From Pseudorhodobacter sp. PARRP1 (GTDB lineage Bacteria; Pseudomonadota; Alphaproteobacteria; Rhodobacterales; Rhodobacteraceae), in the NCBI GenBank assembly GCA_002256245.1, contig NKIU01000008.1:53333-117332 (forward strand): a DNA stretch of 64,000 nucleotides, written 5' to 3'. The translations under genes and the position numbers were made by a program. The notes below the pieces were generated by a model. The model saw only the letters and a list, made by a program, of their open reading frames with translations, did no database searches and was not told the origin of the DNA. This document shows positions 53,996 to 64,000 of this stretch, piece by piece (the first letter of the stretch is position 1; the number at the start of each line of letters is the position of its first letter).

Positions 53996-55135
53996 TCACC
54001 TTGGCCTGTGCACAATCGCACTTTGCACCAACCCGAAGGCCAGCAAGATCACCAAAGTGGCCGACCCGCCATAGGATAGCAAGGGCAGCGGCACCCCCAC
54101 CACTGGGGCCATCCCCATCACCATCGACAGATTGACGGCCAGATACAGAAAGAAATTCATCGCCACGCCGATGATCAAAAGCTGGCTGAAACGGTCCTTG
54201 TTCTGGATAGCGGCGGTGATGCAGAACACCAGAACCAGCGTGTAAAGTGCCAGCAGGGAAATCGCGCCGACAAAGCCAAACTCCTCACCCAAGGTGGTGA
54301 AGATGAAGTCGGTGTGCTTTTCGGGCAGAAAGTTCAGCCGGCTTTGCGTGCCCTGCATGAAACCCTTGCCCGCCCAGCCACCAGACCCCAGCGCGATCTT
54401 GGCTTGGATGATGTTGTATCCGGTGCCCAGCGGGTCTGCGGCAGGGTCCAGAAATGTATGGATGCGCTTATATTGGTAATCATGCAGCACCTGCCATGGC
54501 GTGCCTTCCGACATGATAATCGCCGCGATGCCGCCACCGCCCAAGGCCCCCACCACGCCGAAATACCACAAAGACACCCCCGCCGCGAACATCACCCCGG
54601 CCCCGGCCAGAATAAGCATCATCGAGGTGCCAAGGTTGGGTTGCTTCAACACAAAGTAGGTTGGCAGCAAAATCAGCACCACCGGGATCAGCACCCACAA
54701 CGGCCGCGAGACTTTCTTGTCGTCCAGCCAATCGTAATAGGCGGCCAGGATCATCACCAACGTCACCTTCATCAGTTCCGAAGGCTGCAAGCGCATGAAG
54801 CCCAGATCAATCCAGCGCTGCGCGCCCATGCCAACCGTGCCGAAGAAATGCACCACCAGCAGCAAAAGCATCGCGACAATGTAGGACACCCCCGACATGC
54901 TGCGCCAGAACCAGATCGGGATGAAGGCCACGAAGAACAACAGCCCCAAGCCCATGCCAAACCGCTTGATCTGCGGCAAAGCCCAGGTGTCCATATCGCC
55001 GCCCGCGATGGAATACAGCATCAGCCAGCCAATCGCCGCAATCGCGATCAGCACAAGGATCAGCGCCCATTGGATGTAGAACACCTTGGCGATGCCACTG
55101 GGGGCGAGTTTCAGCCGATACTCCAGAAAGCTCAT
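53996..55135 (-). CDS. rodA: Rod shape-determining peptidoglycan glycosyltransferase RodA
   Basis: GAQRWI, QPSE, QPNLGT, FLPEKHTDFIF, GVPLPLLSYGGS. Confidence 0.95.
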   Translation of the reverse strand: MSFLEYRLKLAPSGIAKVFYIQWALILVLIAIAAIGWLMLYSIAGGDMDTWALPQIKRFGMGLGLLFFVAFIPIWFWRSMSGVSYIVAMLLLLVVHFFGTVGMGAQRWIDLGFMRLQPSELMKVTLVMILAAYYDWLDDKKVSRPLWVLIPVVLILLPTYFVLKQPNLGTSMMLILAGAGVMFAAGVSLWYFGVVGALGGGGIAAIIMSEGTPWQVLHDYQYKRIHTFLDPAADPLGTGYNIIQAKIALGSGGWAGKGFMQGTQSRLNFLPEKHTDFIFTTLGEEFGFVGAISLLALYTLVLVFCITAAIQNKDRFSQLLIIGVAMNFFLYLAVNLSMVMGMAPVVGVPLPLLSYGGSATLVILLAFGLVQSAIVHRPR

Positions 55136-55139
55136 CGCG

Positions 55140-57119
55140 CTACACCTTCGAGGCTTCGGGCTGGCTGCCATCGGGCAGGCGCAGGCGCAAATCGTTCATC
55201 CGCGACTCGATGGTGCCGCGCTGATCGGCCGGATACGCGTCCAGCGGTGGAATGCCGCCGGTCAGTGCGCGCAGCAAGGCGTCGCGCGCAATCGGGCCTG
55301 CCACCGCCGATCCGCCGCCGCCGTGCTCCACCACCACCGACACCGCGTAGCGCGGTGCATTGGCGGGGGCAAAGCCGACGAACAGCGCATGGTCGCGCAA
55401 ACGCCACGGCAGGGCGTCGTTCTTGGTCGCGCCATCACGCTTTTCGGCATCCGAAAAGTTGCGCACCTGCGCGGTGCCCGATTTGCCGCACATCTGCATC
55501 GAGGCATCGACAATCCGCGATCCGCGCCCGGTGCCATGCTGGCCGTTCATCACCTCAAACATCCCCATCTGCACGGCGCGCAGCTTTGATCCGTCCAGAT
55601 CAAGGCCTGCGACCTCGGCGATGGGCACTTCGATGTCGTTCACCGAATGGATAATCCGGGGTGCCACCTGACGACCTGCCGCAATGCGCGAGGCCATCAC
55701 CGCCAGTTGCAAAGGCGTCGCCAGCACATAGCCTTGGCCGATCGAGGCGTTGATGGTGTCGCCGATCACCCAATCTTGCTTGAACTTTTCCTGCTTCCAC
55801 GCCTTGTTCGGCATTGCACCGGTGGAAATTGCCGACATCGGCAGATCGTGGCGCTGACCCAAGCCCAGCTTGTTGCCCATTTCGGCCATCATATCGATGC
55901 CAACCCGTTGGCTAACATCGTAAAAGAACACGTCGCAGCTTTCCGACAACCCGCGCTTGAGGTTCACCGAACCATGGCCGCCGCGCTTCCAGCAGTTAAA
56001 GCGGATGCCGCCGACCTCGATATAGCCGGGGCAGCGGACGGTGGTGTTTTCGTCAATCACCCCGGCCTCCAACGCTGCCAGCGCCGTCACCATCTTGAAG
56101 GTTGACCCCGGCGGATAGGCGCCCTGAACCACCTTGTTGGCCAGCGGGCGGTGATCGTGTTCGGTCAGAGCGGCATAATCGGCGCTGGAAATCCCGCGCA
56201 CGAACAGGTTGGGGTCAAACGACGGTGACGAGACCGCCGCGATGATGTCGCCGTTGTTGACATCCATCACCACGCAGGCGGCACTTTCCTCGCCCAGACG
56301 GGCCTGCACGAAATTCTGCACATCGGCGTCAATGGTCAGCCGCAGGTCTTTGCCCTTCAGGCCTTCCTCGCGGTCCAACTCGCGCATCACGCGGCCCACG
56401 GCGTTGACCTCAATCCGCTTGGTGCCTGCCGAGCCGCGCAGAGTGTCTTCCATCCACTTCTCAACACCGATCTTGCCGATCTGAAAGCGCGGGATCATCA
56501 GCAGCGGATCGACGTTTTCCGCGCCTTCCTTGTCCTTCAATTCGGTCAGGTCTTTTTCCGAAACCGGGCCGACATAGCCCACCACATGCGCAAAATCTAT
56601 ATCGCGCGGATAGACGCGGCTTAACCCAACCTCGGGCGAGACACCGGGCAGTGCAGGGGCGTTGATGGCGATTTTGCTGAAATCGGTCCAGCTTAGCCGT
56701 TCGGCCACGGTGATCGGCACGAAGGCAGAGTTGACGCGCGGGTTCAGCTCTTTCATCGCATCGGTCAGATCCTGCGCCGTCATCGGGATGATATTGCTGA
56801 GACGGTTCAGCACACCTTCCACCTCGGCATCGGTCTTGCCGGCATTTTCGCGTGTGATCACAACGCGGTAGTTCTGTTCATTGCCCGCAATCAGCTTGCC
56901 GTTGCGATCCTGAATAAGCCCACGCGCGGGCGGGATCAGCCGGATGTTGATGCGATTTTCCTCGGCCAGCAGGCGAAACTGATCGGCCTGCTCTACCCCC
57001 AGAAACCGCATCCGCGCGCCCAAGGCGGCCACCATCGCCGCCATGCCGCCGCCCATCAGCAACGCCCGGCGCGTGACAGAGCGTGCGGTGGCTTCGGTAT
57101 CGCGTGGCGCCCGTCTCAC
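55140..57119 (-). CDS. mrdA: Penicillin-binding protein 2
   Basis: PARGLI, PPGSTFK (SxxK), SCD (SxD), GKSGTAQ (KxG). Confidence 0.95.
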   Translation of the reverse strand: MRRAPRDTEATARSVTRRALLMGGGMAAMVAALGARMRFLGVEQADQFRLLAEENRINIRLIPPARGLIQDRNGKLIAGNEQNYRVVITRENAGKTDAEVEGVLNRLSNIIPMTAQDLTDAMKELNPRVNSAFVPITVAERLSWTDFSKIAINAPALPGVSPEVGLSRVYPRDIDFAHVVGYVGPVSEKDLTELKDKEGAENVDPLLMIPRFQIGKIGVEKWMEDTLRGSAGTKRIEVNAVGRVMRELDREEGLKGKDLRLTIDADVQNFVQARLGEESAACVVMDVNNGDIIAAVSSPSFDPNLFVRGISSADYAALTEHDHRPLANKVVQGAYPPGSTFKMVTALAALEAGVIDENTTVRCPGYIEVGGIRFNCWKRGGHGSVNLKRGLSESCDVFFYDVSQRVGIDMMAEMGNKLGLGQRHDLPMSAISTGAMPNKAWKQEKFKQDWVIGDTINASIGQGYVLATPLQLAVMASRIAAGRQVAPRIIHSVNDIEVPIAEVAGLDLDGSKLRAVQMGMFEVMNGQHGTGRGSRIVDASMQMCGKSGTAQVRNFSDAEKRDGATKNDALPWRLRDHALFVGFAPANAPRYAVSVVVEHGGGGSAVAGPIARDALLRALTGGIPPLDAYPADQRGTIESRMNDLRLRLPDGSQPEASKV

Positions 57120-57706
57120 ATCCGTCTCCCATATGCATCAATCTCTCCCATCGCGGGCTTGTGCAGGTCCAGCACATAGCGCGACAGGAACACCACCAAA
57201 GGATAGCACATCACCGACCACAGCACTTGCAACATCGCAAAGCCAAAGCCCGCCTGCGGCAGCAGCACCATGGCAAAAGTCAGCCGATACACCACCAACA
57301 TCGCCACCATCAGCCCCGAGACCAATAGCCATTCGACCCCGAAGTTCAACTCACGAGTCAGTGCAACCCGCCCACGCACGAATTCCGACGCCAGCAGCAC
57401 CAGCGCCGTCCACAGCCCCGGTGGGCGATCCAGCAGCATATCTTCCAGCAGCACCACCGCCGCAATCAACAGGGCGGGCAGGTAATCCGGGCGGCGCATC
57501 GTCCAGGCAAAGATCACGCACAGCAACAGATCCGGCCCCGGCGTGCGGTTCAGCCAGACGGTAAAGCGGCACCAGCCCTCGGCCTCGGCGCAATCCGACA
57601 TCATCGCCATCGGCAAGGGCAGCAGCCGCCAGAACAGCAGCAACAGCGCAATGCCCACAAACAGCGCGCGGTGCAGCCAAACCTCGCGCGTCGCCTCATC
57701 AACCAT
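57116..57706 (-). CDS. mreD: Rod shape-determining protein MreD
   Basis: PGPDLLL, RRPDY, EDMLLDRPPG; position between mreC and mrdA. Confidence 0.88.
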   Translation of the reverse strand: MVDEATREVWLHRALFVGIALLLLFWRLLPLPMAMMSDCAEAEGWCRFTVWLNRTPGPDLLLCVIFAWTMRRPDYLPALLIAAVVLLEDMLLDRPPGLWTALVLLASEFVRGRVALTRELNFGVEWLLVSGLMVAMLVVYRLTFAMVLLPQAGFGFAMLQVLWSVMCYPLVVFLSRYVLDLHKPAMGEIDAYGRRM

Positions 57707-58628
57707 TGCTCGCCCCCGCTTCCGACGCAGGCTCGGGCGAGGTTGGTGGCTTCGGCGGGCCTTGGATGGGGGGCGATGTCACCAACGCCCCCGGATCGGT
57801 GATCGGGGTCAATTCATGGCTGCGCAGCACGCGCAGAAACTCCAGCCGCTGATAATCGGCTGACAACGTCACCCGCAGCCGCTTGTCGGTGCCCAGAACG
57901 ACCGAGCCGACCAGCAGCCCCGCCGGAAACATCCCGCCGTCGCCCGATGTCACCACCCGGTCGCCGGGGCGCACCTCATCGGGGTCTTCCAGAAAATCCA
58001 AGGGCGGCAGGTCGGAATTGTCGCCAGAAAGCAGCGCCTTCTGCCCCGAGGGCTGCACCGTCACTGGCACACGGCTGTTGCTGTCGGTCAGCAAGATCAC
58101 CCGGCTGATCTGCTGCCCCACGCCCGAGATGCGGCCCACAAGGCCAATACCGTCCATCGTCGCCCAGCCATCCTTGATGCCGTCGCGCGCGCCGACATTC
58201 AGCAACACCGATTGGCGGAAGGGCGAGCCGCTGTCGGCCAAAACCACGCCCGTCACATGCGTCAGCATCGGGTCCAGCCGCACATGGTTCAAATCCAGCA
58301 GCCGGGCGTTTTTCTGCTCCAGCTGCAAGGCGGCCTCTTTCCACGCCTTCATCTGGCGCAATTCCTCGCGCAGTTGCTGGTTCTGCTCATAGAGCCGCGA
58401 ATAGGATTGGAAGTTGTCCAGCACTCCGGCCGTCCATGTGACCGGCGCCGCAGCCCATTGAAAACTGGGCACAAAGCGGTCAACCAAGGCGGTGCGAAAG
58501 CGTTCAACCCGTGGGCTGTCGATCCGCCACAAAAAGAACAACCCCACCATCAACAGAATCAGAAGACCCACCAGAACCCGGCGCAGCGGGCGGTGGAATT
58601 CTTCGGGATCTATGCGGTTTCTTGCCAT
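57699..58628 (-). CDS. mreC: Rod shape-determining protein MreC
   Basis: N-terminal TM, coiled coil, GLVGRI, VVTSG..G.FP.GL.VG. Confidence 0.93.
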   Translation of the reverse strand: MARNRIDPEEFHRPLRRVLVGLLILLMVGLFFLWRIDSPRVERFRTALVDRFVPSFQWAAAPVTWTAGVLDNFQSYSRLYEQNQQLREELRQMKAWKEAALQLEQKNARLLDLNHVRLDPMLTHVTGVVLADSGSPFRQSVLLNVGARDGIKDGWATMDGIGLVGRISGVGQQISRVILLTDSNSRVPVTVQPSGQKALLSGDNSDLPPLDFLEDPDEVRPGDRVVTSGDGGMFPAGLLVGSVVLGTDKRLRVTLSADYQRLEFLRVLRSHELTPITDPGALVTSPPIQGPPKPPTSPEPASEAGASNG

Positions 58629-58683
58629 AACTGGCCCGTTTCACTTGAAAGACAAAAGGACCGCGACCTTGACGCGCGCCAAC

Positions 58684-59775
<1,092 letters not shown>

Positions 59776-60024
59776 CTAAGGCGGGCGTGTTCATATAAAG
59801 CCATGCCGGGGCCGGGGAAAGGCCCGCAAGACTTTAGGCGCGCCTTTCCGCCTTGAACGATGGGCTGTTCATTTACCGCCATTATGGCCGGGAATTGGCC
59901 GCAAGATTGGCAAAACACTTGCACTAATCAAACTTTCCTGACCACCAGCGTCATTCGGCAGGCGCGGGCCATCGTAAACCCGCTATCATTTCCGCGTGTA
60001 GGATGGCGGTTTCAAGGGGCCCAA

Positions 60025-60786
60025 ATGTTCAGTTTCAACAATCGGGTGGCACTGGTCACAGGCGCTGGCAGCGCCGACGGCATTGGCTTTGCCATCGCAA
60101 AAGCCCTCGTCTCGGCGGGTGCGCGGGTCTGCATCACCGCCACCAGCGCACGGATTTTTGACCGTGCCGCCGCGTTGGGCTGCATGGCCCACACCGCCGA
60201 TTTGACTGACCCGGCGCAAGTCGCAGATCTGTTCGCGGCGGTCACCAAGCAGTTGGGCGCGGTCGAGGTGTTGATCAACAACGCGGGCATGGTCCAAAGC
60301 GGCAAACCGATGCAAGCGGTGAAACTGGCCGAGGTCACCGATGTCGATTGGGCCACCCATCTGGCGCTGAACATCGGCACCACGTTTCACTGCATCCGCG
60401 CGGCCCTGCCCGCGATGCAAGCGGCAGGCTACGGTCGCATCGTCAACATAGGCTCGGTGACCGGGCCTGTCGTAGCCATCGAAGGCGCGTCCGCCTATGC
60501 CACCGCCAAAGCCGGGGTCACTGGCATGACCCGGTCGGTTGCGCTGGAATAGGGCCGCTATGGCATCACCTGCAACGCCGTGCTGCCGGGTTGGATTGCC
60601 ACAGCATCCTCTACTGAAGCCGAGTTGCGCGCGGGCCATGCGACCCCCGCAGGCAGGCCGGGCAGCCCCGCCGAAGTCGCCGCTTGTGCGGCGTTTCTCG
60701 CCTCAGAGGCCGCCGCCTATGTCAATGGTGCGACGCTGGTGGTCGATGGTGGCAACACCCTGACCGAGATGAAGGGCGCGTTCTGA
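60025..60786 (+). pseudogene. Short-chain dehydrogenase (FabG-like) interrupted by an in-frame TAG at 60550-60552
   Basis: VTGAGSADGIG, NNAG, YATAK; the frame continues past TAG as GRYGITCNAVLPGWI...GRPG.P.EVA...AYVNGATLVVDGG to TGA 60786. Confidence 0.82.
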
Positions 60787-60826
60787 GCAGCAGCGCGGCC
60801 CCTTGGCAGGGCCGCGCCTTTGGAAA

Positions 60827-62458
60827 TCACTGGTCTTTGTAGTTCACCGATTTCTTGTCGCTGTCTGGTGCCGATTTGGTCCGGCGTACGATCAACTTGT
60901 TCAGCGCGTTGACATAGGCTTTCACGCTTGCCACCACGGTATCGGTATCCGCCGAGGCCCCGGTGACGATGCGGCCTTCTTCTTCCATCCGCACCGAAAC
61001 CGTCGCCTGCGCGTCGGTGCCTTCGGTCACGGCTTGCACCTGATACAGTTGCAACCGTGCGCTGTGTGGGAACAGCATTTTCACCGCATTGAACGCCGCA
61101 TCCACCGGGCCATCGCCTGTGGCATCAACCGAGTGATCCACCCCCTCGATGGTCAGCGTCAACTCTGCCTCACGCGGGCCTTCGGTGCCGCAAACCACGC
61201 GCAGGCGTTTGACCTGAATGGTGTCATGCGCGTCATTGGTGGCTTCATCGGCGACGAGGGCCAACAAATCCTCGTCATAGACCTCTTTCTTGCTGTCGGC
61301 CAAAGCCTTGAAGCGCACGAACACGTCGTTCAACTGATTGTCGGCCAATTCATAGCCGAGTTCCTTCAGCTTTGAGCGCAGCGCAGCGCGGCCCGAGTGT
61401 TTGCCCATCGAGATGTTATGCGCGTTCAGGCCGATGTCGGCGGGGCGCATGATCTCGAAGGTTTCGATGTTTTTCAGCACGCCATCCTGATGGATGCCGG
61501 ACTCGTGCAGGAAGGCATTCTTGCCGACGATGGCCTTGTTGAACTGCACCGCAAAGCCCGACACCGAGGAAACCCGACGCGACAGGTTCATGATCTTGGT
61601 GGTGTCGATCTGGGTGCGGTAGGGCATGATGTCGTTCCTGACCTTCATCGCCATCACGACTTCTTCCAACGCGGTGTTGCCCGCGCGTTCGCCCAAACCG
61701 TTGATGGTGCATTCGATCTGCCGCGCGCCAGCCTCAACCGCGGCGAGGGAGTTCGCCGTCGCCATCCCCAAATCGTTGTGGCAATGGGTGGCAAAGATCA
61801 CCCCATCCGCCCCCGGCACGCGTTCCAGCAGCATACGGATCAGGTCAGCGGATTCGCGCGGCGCGGTGTAGCCGACGGTGTCGGGGATGTTGATGGTGCT
61901 GGCCCCGGCCTTGATCGCGATTTCGACCACGCGGCAGAGGTAATCATGTTCCGTCCGCGTCGCATCCATCGCCGACCATTGCACGTTGTCGCACAGGTTG
62001 CGGGCGTGGGTGACGGTGTCGTGGATGCGGGTGGCCATCTGATCCATATCAAGGTTCGGGATGGCGCGGTGCAGCGGCGAGGTGCCGATGAAGGTGTGGA
62101 TGCGCGGGCTGGCCGCGTGTTTCACGGCCTCCCAGCAGCGATCAATGTCTTTGTAATTGGCGCGCGCAAGGCCGCAGATGGTGGAGTTTTTCGAGCGCTT
62201 TGCGATCTCAGTCACGGCGGCGAAATCGCCTTCGGAGGCGATGGGAAAGCCCGCCTCGATCACATCGACGCCCATTTCATCCAGCAGGCTGGCGATTTCC
62301 AGCTTTTCGTCGTGGGTCATGGTGGCGCCGGGCGATTGCTCGCCGTCGCGCAGGGTGGTGTCGAAGATGATGACTTTGGGCTGAGATTGCGCCTTTTCGG
62401 CGCGGGCGGGCTGCGATTTAGCGGCTTCGGCGCGGGTTTGCGCGGGCGTGGCGGTCAT
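60827..62458 (-). CDS. leuA: 2-isopropylmalate synthase
   Basis: FDTTLRDGEQ, EAGFP, HCHNDLG, GLGERAGN, HESGIHQDG, GKHSG, C-terminal regulatory domain. Confidence 0.97.
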   Translation of the reverse strand: MTATPAQTRAEAAKSQPARAEKAQSQPKVIIFDTTLRDGEQSPGATMTHDEKLEIASLLDEMGVDVIEAGFPIASEGDFAAVTEIAKRSKNSTICGLARANYKDIDRCWEAVKHAASPRIHTFIGTSPLHRAIPNLDMDQMATRIHDTVTHARNLCDNVQWSAMDATRTEHDYLCRVVEIAIKAGASTINIPDTVGYTAPRESADLIRMLLERVPGADGVIFATHCHNDLGMATANSLAAVEAGARQIECTINGLGERAGNTALEEVVMAMKVRNDIMPYRTQIDTTKIMNLSRRVSSVSGFAVQFNKAIVGKNAFLHESGIHQDGVLKNIETFEIMRPADIGLNAHNISMGKHSGRAALRSKLKELGYELADNQLNDVFVRFKALADSKKEVYDEDLLALVADEATNDAHDTIQVKRLRVVCGTEGPREAELTLTIEGVDHSVDATGDGPVDAAFNAVKMLFPHSARLQLYQVQAVTEGTDAQATVSVRMEEEGRIVTGASADTDTVVASVKAYVNALNKLIVRRTKSAPDSDKKSVNYKDQ

Positions 62459-62532
62459 GGGATCGTTCCTTGGTGTTTGTTGCTGCTTTCCGGGCGCTGA
62501 TCACTTCCGAGCGGTCGCACCCAAGGGCACGC

Positions 62533-62625
62533 TCAGAAGCGGGTAAGAAGCAGCAGGCCACGGGAAAGCGACGCGCCGGAATTGGGCGCGGTGTGGGTAA
62601 AGGCGATGATGGTTTCCCGTGTCAT
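62533..62625 (-). promoter_or_regulatory. leuA leader peptide (Leu-sensing attenuator)
   Basis: 30-codon ORF MTRETIIAFTHTAPNSGASLSRGLLLLTRF with CTG CTG CTT CTT near its end, 74 nt upstream of leuA. Confidence 0.78.
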
Positions 62626-62722
62626 GGCCGTGACTATACGGCGGATTTACTGGAAGGGAAGGGGGTGGCGGTGAAAAAGTAGCAGGGCTGCGGGCCTGCA
62701 CCGGGGCGGGGGATTTGCGGTG

Positions 62723-62797
62723 TGGTCCCAACTCGGGACCTTTTTCGAGTGTTTGTTTTCAATGGGTTAAGGGGGTGTCGTTTAGGATGTGTTAACC
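62723..62797 (-). repeat. 75-bp GTTAA...GGTCCC-N5-GGGACCA element, copy 3
   Basis: Minus strand: ggttaacacatcctaaacgaca...cccattgaaa...ggtcccgagttgggacca. Confidence 0.7.
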
Positions 62798-62929
62798 TTT
62801 GGCCGCGAAATCCGCACCACCGGCATCTTGCGCAGGCGCAGAATTCAGCGCGGCGTCGTGGCGATGGCGGGGCTTTGCGCTAGGTTTTGGCGGCGTGGTT
62901 GCGCAGAGAAATGGCGAAGGGGGATCAAG

Positions 62930-63574
62930 GTGCGGGCATTGGTGATCGGAGCCTCGGGCGGGATTGGCGGGGCCTTGGCCACGGCGCTGGCGGGGCAGGG
63001 CGACGTGGTGGCGCTGTCACGCGCGCGCGACGGGCTGGATATTACCGATGAGACATCTGTCGCCCGGGTGCTGGAGGGCGTGACGGGCGCGTTTGACTGG
63101 GTGTTCATCGCATCGGGCGCTTTGGGGGTGCCGGAGAAATCGCTGCGCGCCTTGGATGCGCAGGCGATGCTGGCACAGTTTGCCGTCAATGCGGTGGGGC
63201 CTGCGCTGGTGATCAAGCATGTGCTGCGGCTGATGCCCAAGGATCGGGTGGCGCGGTTGGGCGTGCTGTCGGCGCGGGTCGGCTCGATTGGTGACAATGC
63301 GTTGGGGGGGTGGTATTCCTACCGGGCGGCGAAGGCGGCGCTTAACCAACTGGTGCATACGGCGGCGATCGAAGTGGCGCGCAGCCATCCGTTGGCGGTG
63401 CTGGCCTGTCTGCACCCCGGCACGGTAGAGACTGCGTTCACAGCGGGATATCCCGCCAAGCACAAGGATACCCCTGCGCAAGCGGCGGCGCGGTTGATCG
63501 CCGTGCTGGGCGATCTGACCCCGGCGCAATCGGGGGGATTTTACGATTATGCGGGCAAGATGGTGGCGTGGTAG
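62930..63574 (+). CDS. CsgA (C-factor)-like short-chain dehydrogenase
   Basis: IGASGGIG, LSARVGSIGDNALGGWYSYRAAKAALN, HPGTVET; GTG start inferred. Confidence 0.85.
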   Translation: MRALVIGASGGIGGALATALAGQGDVVALSRARDGLDITDETSVARVLEGVTGAFDWVFIASGALGVPEKSLRALDAQAMLAQFAVNAVGPALVIKHVLRLMPKDRVARLGVLSARVGSIGDNALGGWYSYRAAKAALNQLVHTAAIEVARSHPLAVLACLHPGTVETAFTAGYPAKHKDTPAQAAARLIAVLGDLTPAQSGGFYDYAGKMVAW

Positions 63575-63654
63575 CCCGGCACGCGGTTGCTGGCTTGCGG
63601 TGTGGCGTGAACCTTCGCTAAACCGGCGGGGCAAACCCGGGGCAGGAGAATGAC

Positions 63655-64000
63655 ATGACCCAACAGACCGAACCGCTTTCCACCCATGCCGCGCAAAAGC
63701 GCATCGTCTTGTCCAGCGATCATGCCGCGATTGCTTTGCGGCAGGCCGTGGGCGCGCATATCGCGGCGCAGGGCTGGCAGGTGGTGGATATTGGCCCGAC
63801 AACCCCGGAAAGCACGCATTATCCAAAGCATGGCGCGGCGGCGGCGCGGCTGGTGGCATCGGGCGATTGCCGGTTTGGCATTGTGTTGTGTGGCACCGGG
63901 CAGGGCATCATGATGGCGGCGAACAAGGTCAGGGGCATCCGCTGCGGGGTTTGCATGGATACGTTCTCGGCCCGGATGATCCGCCAGCACAACGATGCCA
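63655..64000 (+). CDS. rpiB: Ribose-5-phosphate isomerase B (runs off window end)
   Basis: Manual translation: ...IVLSSDHAA...DIGP...HYP...CGTGQGIMMAANKVRGIRC; AGGAG RBS. Confidence 0.9.
   Translation, partial: MTQQTEPLSTHAAQKRIVLSSDHAAIALRQAVGAHIAAQGWQVVDIGPTTPESTHYPKHGAAAARLVASGDCRFGIVLCGTGQGIMMAANKVRGIRCGVCMDTFSARMIRQHNDA

Noticed and set aside
60550-60552. Pyrrolysine or programmed amber read-through
   Set aside because: No pyl genes in the window, not expected in this lineage, and no other split genes.
63650-63658. Mini-ORF ATG-ACA-TGA overlapping the rpiB start
   Set aside because: Its ATG is too close to the AGGAG; the ATG at 63655 has normal spacing. Probably chance.

Overview
High-GC alphaproteobacterial chromosome segment; gene content and order (mreBCD-mrdA-rodA-ghrA, SH3/2-hydroxyacid dehydrogenase pair, puuE-uraD fusion) point to Rhodobacteraceae (inference). 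It has about 62 genes, with no tRNA/rRNA, CRISPR, transposase or prophage seen. Most of the window is nutrient scavenging: phosphonate ABC (phnCD, Pho boxes), a PotA-type ABC, purine-ring catabolism (uraH, puuE-uraD, allE-like, allA), a hydroxylysine kinase/phospho-lyase-like pair, an arginine transaminase-like module (AruH/AruI-like), two glutamine-synthetase-like glutamylation modules, and a polyol ABC plus dihydroxyacetone kinase. Core genes follow (mre/rod operon, leuA, rpiB). The best candidate novel system is a tightly coupled 8-gene operon at 7000-15041: a stand-alone Rieske [2Fe-2S] protein, a Rieske-less mononuclear-iron oxygenase, a GST, an 8-oxoguanine-deaminase-like amidohydrolase and a BMP-type nucleoside ABC importer. 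This matches the NdmC/NdmD-Rieske/NdmE architecture of the 7-methylxanthine N7-demethylase but lacks NdmA/NdmB and the reductase. I infer a pathway for N7-methylated purines (e.g. 7-methylguanine to 7-methylxanthine to xanthine) rather than caffeine use. Intergenic DNA holds at least five families of small structured repeats, including three divergent elements of exactly 75 bp and a double 20-bp palindrome with symmetric substitutions. There is also a Leu-rich leuA leader peptide with an SD-sequestering helix and an SDR gene split by one TAG. All family calls come from motif recognition; no database search was run.
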